From Thermoplasmata archaeon (GTDB lineage Archaea > Thermoplasmatota > Thermoplasmata > Lutacidiplasmatales > UBA184), in assembly GCA_027314915.1 (NCBI GenBank), contig DAHUZZ010000008.1:19746-83745 (forward strand): a DNA stretch of 64,000 nt. Direction: 5' to 3'. The number at the start of each line of letters is the position of its first letter. Position 1 is the stretch's first letter. Below are positions 8,354-16,980 of the stretch, piece by piece. A program made the translations under genes and the position numbers. Under the pieces are notes generated by a model. It saw only the letters and a list, made by a program, of their open reading frames with translations, ran no database searches and had not been told where the DNA came from.

Positions 8354-10063
8354 ATGCCGGCCCGTGTGATGAAGGAGTTCCAGGCGCCCCGAGGACTGCC
8401 CCGGAAGACCGCCTCGGTGTGCCCGGAGTGCATCAAGGTGATCCCCGCGGTGGTACGGGAGAAGGACGGCCGGGTCATCATGGAGAAGACCTGCCGGAAC
8501 CACGGCTACTTCTGGGACATCATCTCGAACGACGTCGACTTCTACCTCCGGATGGAGGTGTACGCCCACGACGGGGTCGGCTACGAGAACCCCTACTACG
8601 AGAAATTCCGCGGCTGCCCGACGACCTGCGGGATGTGCACGCACCACAAGAGCCACACCGGCCTCGCGCTGCTCGACCTGACGAACCGGTGCAACCTCAA
8701 GTGCCCGGTCTGCTTCGCGAACGCCAACGCCGCCGGGTACGTCTACGAGCCCACCCGGGAGCAGATCTACTTCATGCTCAAGACGCTCCGCGAGCAGAAG
8801 CCGGTCGGCACGGTCGCGGTCCAGTTCTCCGGGGGCGAGCCCACGCTCTCGCCGCTCTTCCTGGACGCCTGCGGCATGGCCCGGGACCTGGGCTTCAAGC
8901 AGATCCAGGTGGCCACGAACGGGATCCGGTTCGCGAACGAGGCCGGGTTCGCCCAGCAGGCCCGGAACTCGGGGCTCCACACCCTCTACCTCCAGTTCGA
9001 CGGCCTGGACGACGAGATCTACCGTAAGGTCCGGGGGGTCCCGCTGCTCAAGGTCAAGTCCAAGGCGATCCAGGCGGCCCGGGAGACCCACTCCTCGCCC
9101 GAGGAGCTGGCCGCGGGCAAGCCGGACAAGCCGCTCTCGGTGGTCCTGGTCCCGACGCTGGTCGGCGGGTTCAACGAGAAGGAGATCTGGCCGACGGTGA
9201 AGTACGCGATCGACAACCTGGACGTCGTCCGGGGCGTGAACTTCCAGCCGGTCGCGCTCACGGCGCGGATCCCCGACCGGGACCGCTTCCAGATGCGGTT
9301 CACCCAGTCGGACCTGGTGCGGATCCTCTGCACCGACGGGCCGTTCGAGAAGTCGGACTTCTTCCCGGTGCCGAGCGTGGCCCCGATCTCGGAGCTCGCC
9401 TCGATCATCCACGGCGAGGAGAAGATGACGCTCACCACCCACCCCGGGTGCGGCTGCGCGACGTTCGCCTTCGTGAACCACGACGGCTCGAAGATCACGC
9501 CGTTGCCCCGGTTCATGGACGTCGACGGCTTCTTCGAGAACGTCGAGGCGATGATCGAGAAGTACCGGGACGCCCGGTTCGCCCGGATCCGGACGGCGGT
9601 CGCCGGCGCCCGGCTGATGCACGACGTCGCGAAGTACTTCGACTTCTCGAAGGCGCCCGAGGGGGTCAGCGAGAAGAACGTCGTGAAGATCATCGCCGGG
9701 ATCTTCACCGAGGGCAACAAGGAGGCGCTCGCGAAGTTCACCTGGAGGACGCTCTACATCGGCAACATGCACTTCCAGGACGCCTACGACTACGACATCC
9801 AGCGTCTCATGCGCTGCGACATCCACTACGCGGTGCCGGACGGGCGGGTCATCCCGTTCTGCAGCTACAACTCCGGCCCGATCTACCGGACGGAGGTCGA
9901 GAAGAAGTTCTCGATCCCCATCCCCGACTGGCAGAAGGCGAAGGCGCAGGGCGGTCTCACGCTGAAGACCATCGAGACGATGGGCGTCAACGGCGAGGTC
10001 ATCGTCGACCCGGAGTACTACAAGGTCCGGGCGCTCAAGAGCGCCCCCGGGATGTCGAGCTAG
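8354..10063 (+). CDS. radical SAM protein, tetraether lipid synthase (Tes / GDGT-MAS)-like
   Basis: 569 aa. The N-terminus has a Cys-rich rubredoxin-like segment (CPECIKV...CRNHGYF). There are two CX3CX2C motifs (CPTTCGMC and CNLKCPVC). The GGEP SAM-binding motif is in VQFSGGEPTL. Size and architecture match what I recall of MJ0619/Tes-type enzymes. The family assignment is from memory and not verified. Confidence 0.55.
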   Translation: MPARVMKEFQAPRGLPRKTASVCPECIKVIPAVVREKDGRVIMEKTCRNHGYFWDIISNDVDFYLRMEVYAHDGVGYENPYYEKFRGCPTTCGMCTHHKSHTGLALLDLTNRCNLKCPVCFANANAAGYVYEPTREQIYFMLKTLREQKPVGTVAVQFSGGEPTLSPLFLDACGMARDLGFKQIQVATNGIRFANEAGFAQQARNSGLHTLYLQFDGLDDEIYRKVRGVPLLKVKSKAIQAARETHSSPEELAAGKPDKPLSVVLVPTLVGGFNEKEIWPTVKYAIDNLDVVRGVNFQPVALTARIPDRDRFQMRFTQSDLVRILCTDGPFEKSDFFPVPSVAPISELASIIHGEEKMTLTTHPGCGCATFAFVNHDGSKITPLPRFMDVDGFFENVEAMIEKYRDARFARIRTAVAGARLMHDVAKYFDFSKAPEGVSEKNVVKIIAGIFTEGNKEALAKFTWRTLYIGNMHFQDAYDYDIQRLMRCDIHYAVPDGRVIPFCSYNSGPIYRTEVEKKFSIPIPDWQKAKAQGGLTLKTIETMGVNGEVIVDPEYYKVRALKSAPGMSS

Positions 10064-10130
10064 GCCGCCTCCGGCCGGCCCTCGGCGAGAACCCCTTCCT
10101 CCCTTTCCTTCTCGTTCGTTCCGGGCGGGC

Positions 10131-10598
10131 TTATCCCTCCCGGTCGATCCCCGCGAACAGCGCCGCCCCGGGCCGGCGCCACGCGAGCGACTCGGGGGCG
10201 GGGTCGCGCCCACGGTGGGCCTGCCGGGCGTCGATCTCCCGCCAGAGCCGGCCCGGGGCCGGTTCCCCGGTGGGTCCTTCACCGGCCCGCCCCGCGGGGG
10301 CGTCGTGCGCGAGCCATTCCCGGGCGGCTTCGATGTGCTTGCAGGTCCCGAGCCCCCGCCGGCTGTAGTCCGTGCACTCGCAGACGATCGGATCGAGCTC
10401 CGGGTAGGCCGGCAGGAAGACGCGGTACCGGCTGCCCCGCACCGGGTTGGTGACCTCCAGGAGGAGGAACGGAGAGCCCCCCCGGTCCCGGACCTCGAGC
10501 AGCTCCTCCCGCGCGCGGAGCCTCCGGTCCTCCGCGAGCGCCCGGCGCTCGAGCGGCGAGGGGGCAGCGGGCCGGTTCCGGCCCCGGGCGGACGGCAT
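10131..10598 (-). CDS. SWIM zinc-finger domain protein
   Basis: Internal ATG at 10598. The CxC...CxH motif is CECTDYSRRGLGTCKHIEAA. The rest of the listed 560-aa ORF runs antisense to the antiporter gene and is discarded. Confidence 0.5.
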   Translation of the reverse strand: MPSARGRNRPAAPSPLERRALAEDRRLRAREELLEVRDRGGSPFLLLEVTNPVRGSRYRVFLPAYPELDPIVCECTDYSRRGLGTCKHIEAAREWLAHDAPAGRAGEGPTGEPAPGRLWREIDARQAHRGRDPAPESLAWRRPGAALFAGIDREG

Positions 10599-10742
10599 CG
10601 GTATCCCCCGAGGGGTACCCGTCCGCCGAGTATTATAAGAGCCGACCGCGGTCCGGACTAGGAGATGAGGACCGGCGGACGCGCGGGAGGGGACGCCCCC
10701 GCCCCCGGACCCACCCCCGGGGAGGCGTAGTCCGAAGCGCGC

Positions 10743-12245
10743 ATGGCGGTCGACACGACCTCCTTCTTCATCGACCTGTTCCTCCTCCTGGGCGCCGCCG
10801 TCGTCGCCGGCGAGGTCGCGAGCCGGCTCGGCCAGGCGGCGCTCGTCGGCCAGCTCCTGGTGGGCGTCCTGCTCGGGCCGAGCCTCCTCGGGCCGTACAT
10901 CGGCCTCGCCACGCTCAGCCCGTCGCTGAGCGCGATCCAGTTCCTCGCGACGGTCTTCGTGCTGTTCATGGCCGGGCTCGACGTGAACCCGGAGCAGATC
11001 TACCGCATGGGGGCGTCGACCGTCCTCATGGGGATCGCGGTCTTCGCGGTGCCGTTCGCGGCGCTCAGCGTGCTCTCCGAGCTGCTGGTCCCCCTCCTGT
11101 TGCCGGGCCAGAGCCCGCTCCTCCCGCTCTTCATGGGGCTCACGCTCTCCATCACGGCGCTGCCGGTGATGGGCATCCTGCTCATCGAGTTCGGGCTCCT
11201 CAAGACCCGGATCGGCAACCTGCTGATCAACACCGCGCTCATCAACGAGCTCGTCGCGGTGAGCGTCTTCGCCGTCCTCCTCGACGTGGCCACCCGCGGG
11301 ACGAGCGGGACCCTCGCGATCATCATCGCCGCCCTCTCGGTGGCCGTCTTCCTCGGCGTCGTGCTCTCGATCCACATGCTGCTCCGGGCGCTCCGGACGG
11401 CCCGGTGGTGGCAGGCCGGTGCCCGGGCGTTGGGCAGCTGGAGGACCCGCGAGGCCGGCTTCGCGATCCTCATGGTCTGCGTGATCGGCGCCTCGCTGTT
11501 CAGCCAGTTCATGGGGCTCACCTTCGTCGTCGGGGCCTTCTACGCGGGCATCCTGGTCACCCAGGACAGCGCCGGCGCGGAGGCCCACCGGACCATCAGC
11601 AGCATCGTGGGGGCGATGACCTGGGGGTTCTTCGTGCCGCTTTTCTTCGCGCTCGTCGGGGTGCAGATGAACCTCTCCCTGATGGCGACCTGGACGCTGG
11701 TGGGCCTGTTCGCCGCCCTCCTCGCCCTCGCGATCCTGAGCAAGCTCGGCACCGGCTACTCCGTGGCGCGCTTCTTCCGCTGGCCGAAGCCCGACGCGCT
11801 CGCGATCGGCCACCTGGTGAGCTGCCGGGGCGCGGTCGAACTCGCCATGGCGGTCTTCCTGCTCTCCGACGGGATCTTCACGACCCGGATCTTCACCATC
11901 GTCGCCGCCGTGGGCCTCGTGACCACGATGATCGCGCCGATCGCCGCGAAGCGGGTCTGGGCGACCCGCGCGACGGTCCCCGATCGCCTGCAGGAGCAGG
12001 TCGACCTGCTCACCCTGCCTCTGGGCGGGCCGGAACAGCCGTTCCCGGTCACCTTGAGCTTCGGGATCCTGGATGAGCGCCCGAAGGACCTCGCGCCGAG
12101 CGACGTCGGGCCGGCCCGGGGCGGCGGTCCCCCCTCCGGTCCGCCCCCCTCCGGCCGCCCCGCGACCCCCCCGCCCCCGGAGCCCGGTCCCCCGCCCCTT
12201 CCCGACGGCCGGCGTCCGAGGGACCCGTCGCGGAACCCCCCGTAG
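10743..12245 (+). CDS. monovalent cation:proton antiporter (CPA family, Kef/NhaP-like)
   Basis: About 12 TM helices with typical CPA N-terminal helices (LLLGAAVVAGEVASRLG...LLVGVLLGPS). The C-terminus is a Pro-rich tail. Confidence 0.8.
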   Translation: MAVDTTSFFIDLFLLLGAAVVAGEVASRLGQAALVGQLLVGVLLGPSLLGPYIGLATLSPSLSAIQFLATVFVLFMAGLDVNPEQIYRMGASTVLMGIAVFAVPFAALSVLSELLVPLLLPGQSPLLPLFMGLTLSITALPVMGILLIEFGLLKTRIGNLLINTALINELVAVSVFAVLLDVATRGTSGTLAIIIAALSVAVFLGVVLSIHMLLRALRTARWWQAGARALGSWRTREAGFAILMVCVIGASLFSQFMGLTFVVGAFYAGILVTQDSAGAEAHRTISSIVGAMTWGFFVPLFFALVGVQMNLSLMATWTLVGLFAALLALAILSKLGTGYSVARFFRWPKPDALAIGHLVSCRGAVELAMAVFLLSDGIFTTRIFTIVAAVGLVTTMIAPIAAKRVWATRATVPDRLQEQVDLLTLPLGGPEQPFPVTLSFGILDERPKDLAPSDVGPARGGGPPSGPPPSGRPATPPPPEPGPPPLPDGRRPRDPSRNPP

Positions 12246-12301
12246 GGCGGCCCCGGCTCCCCGCGGGCCGGCTACGGTTATCTCTCCCGCACGCTCGGCG
12301 C

Positions 12302-12529
12302 GTGATGGCCGGAGCCCCCGGGACCGCGGTGGAAGGGCGCCGCCAGCGTCTCGTCATGGTCGGCCTCGTCCTCACCTTCGTGGGCCTGTTCGCGCTGGGG
12401 TTCTCGCTCCCCCTCGGGGCAGGGACGCTCGCGCGCATCCTGCCGCTCGCCGCGGTAGGCTTCCTGGCCCTGTGGATCGGGGGCATCCTGCTCGGCAACT
12501 CGGTGCGACCCTTCGGCCGGCGCCGGTAG
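12302..12529 (+). CDS. small 2-TM membrane protein
   Basis: 75 aa with two hydrophobic helices and an intergenic location. Weak call. Confidence 0.3.
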   Translation: MMAGAPGTAVEGRRQRLVMVGLVLTFVGLFALGFSLPLGAGTLARILPLAAVGFLALWIGGILLGNSVRPFGRRR

Positions 12530-12543
12530 CGCTCGGAGGACCC

Positions 12544-13218
12544 ATGGCGCGCCGCTGGGAGCTCGTGACCTTCGACATCGATGGGACCCTCACGACGGTC
12601 CACGGCTGGCGGGTCCTCGCCGAGCGGGTGGGCCGCCTGGAGGAGTACGAGCGGACGAACCGCGGCTACCTCGCCGGGAAGGTCGGGGAGGACCAGCACC
12701 TCAGCGACCTGCTCCGGCTGGCCGACGGGCTTAACGTCCCCGAGGTCGAGGCGATCCTCGAAGCGACCCCGCGGGTCGACGGGATCGCGGAGGCGGTGCG
12801 CGCCTGGCACGACGAGGGCACCCGGGTCGCGATCCTGAGCCACAACCCGGACTACGTCTGCGCCTGGTACGCGCGGGAGTTCGGGTTCGACGGCTTCGCC
12901 GGGACCACCGTGCCCGCCCCCGGGAACGGCCGGCTGCTCCTGCCCGCCGGGGTGCGCGCGAACAAGAGCTCGGGGCTCGAGGAGCTGCTCCACCGGTGGC
13001 ACCTCACGCCCCGGACGGTCGCGCACGTGGGGGACGGTTGGGCCGACGCGGCGATCTTCCCCCGGGTGGGGGCGGGCGTGGCCCTCAACAGCCGGCTTCC
13101 CGAGGTGGAGCGTGCGGCCGACCTCGCGCTCCACCTGACCGACCTCCGGCCGCTCCCCGGGCTCGTCGACGGCATCCCGCCACGCCCGGGCGGCCCGCCA
13201 GGTTCCCCGCTCGCCTGA
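12544..13218 (+). CDS. HAD superfamily hydrolase (phosphoserine phosphatase-like)
   Basis: HAD motif I is VTFDIDGTL. The distal motifs are VAHVGDGWADAAIF. The start is the internal ATG of the listed ORF. Confidence 0.7.
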   Translation: MARRWELVTFDIDGTLTTVHGWRVLAERVGRLEEYERTNRGYLAGKVGEDQHLSDLLRLADGLNVPEVEAILEATPRVDGIAEAVRAWHDEGTRVAILSHNPDYVCAWYAREFGFDGFAGTTVPAPGNGRLLLPAGVRANKSSGLEELLHRWHLTPRTVAHVGDGWADAAIFPRVGAGVALNSRLPEVERAADLALHLTDLRPLPGLVDGIPPRPGGPPGSPLA

Positions 13219-13262
13219 GATTCCTTATACCCGCCTCCCGGTGGGGTCGATCGCGGGAACCC

Positions 13263-13847
13263 GTGCCGGCGGAGTACGTCGTCCTCAAGGCGATGCACCC
13301 GACCTACCTCAACCTCCAGATGCCCACCGAGGTGGCGGAGATCGTCCAGTACGACCCCCGGGACCTCGTCGGGCTCCCCTCTCCCGCCCGGGGGATCGCC
13401 TTCTTGGCCCGGGGGCCGGGCGTGCTGCGGGTGGTGCCCGCCTTCCGGGCCGGCGACCTCCTCCCGCTCGAGACGGCGGGCCAGCGCTACCTCGCCACCG
13501 CGCACCTCTCCGAGAAGCTCATCTTCAACCTCCCCGAGGCGGCGGTCGCCCACCTGGGGCTCAAGGTGCAGTCCCGGTCCCCCCGGGAGGCCCGGTTCAC
13601 CGACGACGGGCTGCTCTGGTTCCTCCCGGCGCCCGAGTACTACGAGTTCCGTGCCCGGAGCCGGCTGGGGCGGGGCTGGAAGGGCCCCTCCGGCGGAGGG
13701 CTCGCGCACGTCTACCTCGCCCGGAGCGTGATCCCCTGGGAGGGGGAGCTCGAGCAGATCGAGCGAAGGATCGAGTACGAGGAGTGGCGCCCGCGGCTGG
13801 AGGCGCTCGAACGGGGCGTCCGGAACCGCCGCGGGGGAGGGGGGTAG
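13263..13847 (+). CDS. hypothetical protein
   Basis: The translation from GTG 13263 (or ATG 13290) is non-repetitive. No family recognised. Confidence 0.35.
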   Translation: MPAEYVVLKAMHPTYLNLQMPTEVAEIVQYDPRDLVGLPSPARGIAFLARGPGVLRVVPAFRAGDLLPLETAGQRYLATAHLSEKLIFNLPEAAVAHLGLKVQSRSPREARFTDDGLLWFLPAPEYYEFRARSRLGRGWKGPSGGGLAHVYLARSVIPWEGELEQIERRIEYEEWRPRLEALERGVRNRRGGGG

Positions 13848-13965
13848 CCGCGTCCGCTCCCCCCACCCCCACGGTACCGGCGCGGGTACCCCCGTCGGAG
13901 GGGCCGTTTCTGCCCCCTCCGGTACTGGGTAGCGGCATGTCCCGCGTCGACGTAAAACCACCAGA

Positions 13966-13990
13966 CGTTCTGTAAAGGTCTAAATAGGGT
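13966..13990 (+). promoter_or_regulatory. AT-rich BRE/TATA-like element (aaaggtctaaatagg) 19-26 bp upstream of ATG 14004, suggesting a leaderless mRNA
   Basis: A local AT island in a 70% GC background. The spacing is that expected for an archaeal TATA box relative to a leaderless start. Confidence 0.45.
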
Positions 13991-14003
13991 CCCCGGGGTT
14001 GTA

Positions 14004-14687
14004 ATGGCCATGGAGCATCGACCGAAGACCAGTGTCCCGGGGGGGCCTTCGAAGTCCCGCTACACCTTGAGGACCCCCGTCCCGCTGCGGACGGAAGAGG
14101 ACCTCCGAACGACCCGTGCGGGGATCCCCACGGACGAAAGCCTGGCGCTCGCGGGGCCGGTGGACCATGATTCCCTGGCCAAGGCGATCCGGCGCTCCGT
14201 GGGCCATGAGGGAATGCGCCCCGAGGACGCCCGGACCATCGCCGCCCACGTCCTGAACTTCTTCGGCTTCAACGAGCGGATCATCGACAACGTCCTCGAG
14301 CCGGACGACCGGGACACCTTCTACATGCTGGAGGACACCGGCATCCTCGAGACGGAGCGGGACGAGACGACGCTCTACGATGGCCGGGAGTGGCGGATCC
14401 ACTACTGGATGTTCCGGAAGGACCGTATCTTCGCGCTCGCCCACGAGGAGGCCCAGGCGATGGCGGCGGCGGGCGAGGTGGACGTGGTCTACTCGCCCAA
14501 CACCAGCCGTTCGGGGGCGTTCCCGTTCTCCCGGAGCGAGTCGCCGGCCGCCTCCGAGTCGCAGGCGCTCTACACCGAGCTCGGGGACGAGATCTGGCTC
14601 GAGCGCCGCAAGCCCCTGAGCGCCCCCGCCCCGCCGAGCCCCCCCACGCGGGCCCGCGGGAAGGGCCACCACCTGTCCCCCTCGTAG
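14004..14687 (+). CDS. hypothetical protein
   Basis: 227 aa, non-repetitive, with a Pro-rich C-terminal tail. No family recognised. Confidence 0.45.
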   Translation: MAMEHRPKTSVPGGPSKSRYTLRTPVPLRTEEDLRTTRAGIPTDESLALAGPVDHDSLAKAIRRSVGHEGMRPEDARTIAAHVLNFFGFNERIIDNVLEPDDRDTFYMLEDTGILETERDETTLYDGREWRIHYWMFRKDRIFALAHEEAQAMAAAGEVDVVYSPNTSRSGAFPFSRSESPAASESQALYTELGDEIWLERRKPLSAPAPPSPPTRARGKGHHLSPS

Positions 14688-14742
14688 GGCGGGCGCGCCG
14701 GCGCGGCATCGACGTAAAGCCGCCCGGCGGCTCGGCGGACCG

Positions 14743-15387
14743 GTGGCCCGGCGCTTCCTCCTCCTGTCGCACCGCGTCCCGGTCTCGGGCGCCTTCACGC
14801 TCAACGACCTGGCCGGGGGCGCCGGGCGGATGGACGAGGTGGCCCGGTGCGTCTCGACGGCGCTCACCGTCTCGAACGGGCTGCGCCGCGACACCGAGGT
14901 GGTCGTGCTGTTCGTCGCCGAGCCCCCGCCCGCGGCCCGGAGGATCCGGGTGGAGGGCGCGCGGGTGCGGTACCTGAACCCCGACGAGCGCTCGACCGCC
15001 GCCCTCCTCAAGAACGCCCTCGTCCGCTCCCTGGTCTACGACCACGACTGGGAGTCCTCCCCCGGCCTCGTCGTCGGACCGTGCGACCCGGAGGCGGAGA
15101 TCCGGCGGTTCGCCGCCCGGCCGGGAGCCTTCTGGCTCACCGAGGACGGGATCCCCCTCGAGCCGGGGCGGGCCGGGGACGCGGAGGGGGCAGCGGAGTT
15201 CGCGGCGCTCCTCTCGGACCCCACCGACCCCACGGAGGCGGAACGGGAGCTCCTCACGTCGCTGGGGATCCCCCGGGTCTCGGTCGGGCCCCTCCCGCTG
15301 CGGAGCTCCCAGGTGATCGACGTGGTCCACAACCACTTCGATCGCCGGAACCCGGGGGGCCCCGGGGCCGCCGGCCCCGGGACCTAG
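14743..15387 (+). CDS. trmY: tRNA (pseudouridine54-N1)-methyltransferase, SPOUT family (TrmY/DUF358-like)
   Basis: GTG start. TLNDLAGGAGRMDEVARCV and RYLNPDERS match my recollection of MJ1640-type TrmY motifs. Confidence 0.7.
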   Translation: MARRFLLLSHRVPVSGAFTLNDLAGGAGRMDEVARCVSTALTVSNGLRRDTEVVVLFVAEPPPAARRIRVEGARVRYLNPDERSTAALLKNALVRSLVYDHDWESSPGLVVGPCDPEAEIRRFAARPGAFWLTEDGIPLEPGRAGDAEGAAEFAALLSDPTDPTEAERELLTSLGIPRVSVGPLPLRSSQVIDVVHNHFDRRNPGGPGAAGPGT

Positions 15388-15457
15388 GCTCGCCGCGCCC
15401 GGGCGGCTCCCGGCGTCGGGAACATGGGTCGGAGGAGCTCGGGGTCGCCCCGGGGGG

Positions 15458-16483
15458 CTATCGGGCGCCGGCGGGGTCCTTGCGGGGCCCGAGCGCGTCC
15501 CGGATCGACCTGGGGCGGAGCCCGCCGACCACGGCGGTGAGCCGGACCACCTCGCGCGGCTCGGGCCGGGTCCGGGTCCCCACGAGCATCCGCTTGGGCT
15601 CGCCGAGCCGCCGCCGCATCGCCGTCCAGACCCGGTCGACGGTCCGGAGCGTCAGGTTGGATCCGCCGTCGACGTGGACCAGGGCGGAGGGCGCCTCCGA
15701 GAGCTCGAAGTCCAGCAGCGTCTCGCTCAGCGCCTGGTGGACGAGCCGCTCGGGCTCGCTCACGTGCTCCTCGCTCAGGAGGAGCGTCGACAGGCCGGAA
15801 TCCTTGAGGTGCCACTTCAGGCTCGCCAGATCGACGTTCAACTGCGAGGGGTGCTCGATCATGTCGACGAGCCCGCTCACGAGGCCGTGCAGGTAGGCGT
15901 TCCGGACGTGGAGCACCCGCGCGATCGGGAGCGCCTCGAACCTTCGGAGCTTCTCGTTGGAGAGGGCGAGGAGGAGCCCGCCCAGCCGTTCGAGCTCCTG
16001 GAGCGCCTCGAGGGTGTTCCCCCGCCGCTCGGGGTTGCTCTCCATCTCGACGTGGAAGGGCAGGAAGGCGACGGGGATCGCGAGCGTTCCGGAGTCCTGG
16101 AGCTCCCGGGCGAGGAAGGGCAGGAGGGCGCTGCCGGTCCCGCCGCCGAGGCCGGCGAAGAGGAAGACGATCTGGAACCGGGTGAGCCGCCGGGCGAGCT
16201 CCTCGCGGGCCTCCTCCGCGCCGGCGAGGACCGCGTCGCGGTCCCCCCCGCTGCCGTAGCCGTGCAGCGTCCGGTGGCCCACCAGGATCTTCTCGTCGAC
16301 GGCGAGCTTGAGCAGGTGCGGCGCGTCGGTGTTGATGGCGATGGCGGGCACGTCCTCGAGCCCGATCCCCAGGAGGTCGTGCACCGCCTCGCCGCCGGCG
16401 CCCCCCAGCCCCACGATCCCGACGGTGCCGCGCCGGCCGAGCCGGCTCCAGGCGACCAGCGGGTCCTCCTCGTCGCTCCCCAT
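15458..16483 (-). CDS. ftsZ: FtsZ/tubulin-family GTPase (divergent FtsZ, encoded directly downstream of a CdrS-like RHH gene)
   Basis: The G-box is GIVGLGGAGGEAV, the tubulin signature is AGLGGGTGSA, and NVDLASL matches the T7-loop region. The internal ATG at 16483 lies 13 bp downstream of the RHH gene stop. Confidence 0.7.
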   Translation of the reverse strand: MGSDEEDPLVAWSRLGRRGTVGIVGLGGAGGEAVHDLLGIGLEDVPAIAINTDAPHLLKLAVDEKILVGHRTLHGYGSGGDRDAVLAGAEEAREELARRLTRFQIVFLFAGLGGGTGSALLPFLARELQDSGTLAIPVAFLPFHVEMESNPERRGNTLEALQELERLGGLLLALSNEKLRRFEALPIARVLHVRNAYLHGLVSGLVDMIEHPSQLNVDLASLKWHLKDSGLSTLLLSEEHVSEPERLVHQALSETLLDFELSEAPSALVHVDGGSNLTLRTVDRVWTAMRRRLGEPKRMLVGTRTRPEPREVVRLTAVVGGLRPRSIRDALGPRKDPAGAR

Positions 16484-16496
16484 GCCCCGATCCCCG

Positions 16497-16859
16497 TCAG
16501 GGAGGCGAGGCGTCCTCCCCCGCCGCCACCGGCTCGGTGTCCCGCCGCGGCCGGGCGGTGCCGAGGTGCTCGAGCCGGACCCGGATGTACTCCCGGACCG
16601 CGGCCCGAACCGCATCGTCGATCGAGACGGAGCCTCCCTCCCGGACGAACTCCTCGAGCTGCCGGTTGTCCTGGCGGGAGAGGTCGACCACCACCTTCTT
16701 GATGTTCGGCGGGGGCAGGTGCATCTCCACGAACCGCTCGAGCCCCTCGCGGATCGTGTCGGAGATCGTGGGCGTTCCCCCGGCGTCCTGGATCTGCTTG
16801 AGCTTCTCCAGGAGGTCCTGCGGGATCCGCACCGTCACCCGCTCCGACGTGTCGGCCAT
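16497..16859 (-). CDS. ribbon-helix-helix (CopG-family) transcription regulator, CdrS-like, apparently two RHH repeats in one chain
   Basis: The first RHH is VTVRIPQDLLEKLKQI...SDTIREGLERFVE. The second is KKVVVDLSRQDNRQLEEFV...SIDDAVRAAVREYIRV. Confidence 0.65.
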   Translation of the reverse strand: MADTSERVTVRIPQDLLEKLKQIQDAGGTPTISDTIREGLERFVEMHLPPPNIKKVVVDLSRQDNRQLEEFVREGGSVSIDDAVRAAVREYIRVRLEHLGTARPRRDTEPVAAGEDASPP

Positions 16860-16900
16860 TTTCGTCAGACAGTATTGGTCAGTTTGTCAGACATTTGGCA
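16860..16900. promoter_or_regulatory. direct repeats GTCAGACA (x2, 22 bp apart) with an intervening GGTCAG half-repeat, 5-35 bp upstream of the RHH start codon, candidate operator
   Basis: Seen in ttcGTCAGACAgtattGGTCAGtttGTCAGACAtttgg, inside a locally AT-richer intergenic segment. Confidence 0.4.
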
Positions 16901-16980
16901 TATGGCCGGGGCGGTCATAAACATTGGGGTGGGGCGGTCATGCCCGGGATCCCCCCGCGGGCCGGCCCGCCGCCCGGGTC

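Noticed and set aside
8285-10282. 665-aa ORF antisense to the radical SAM (Tes-like) gene
   Set aside because: It has no recognisable domains and mirrors the plus-strand gene exactly. A high-GC artefact.
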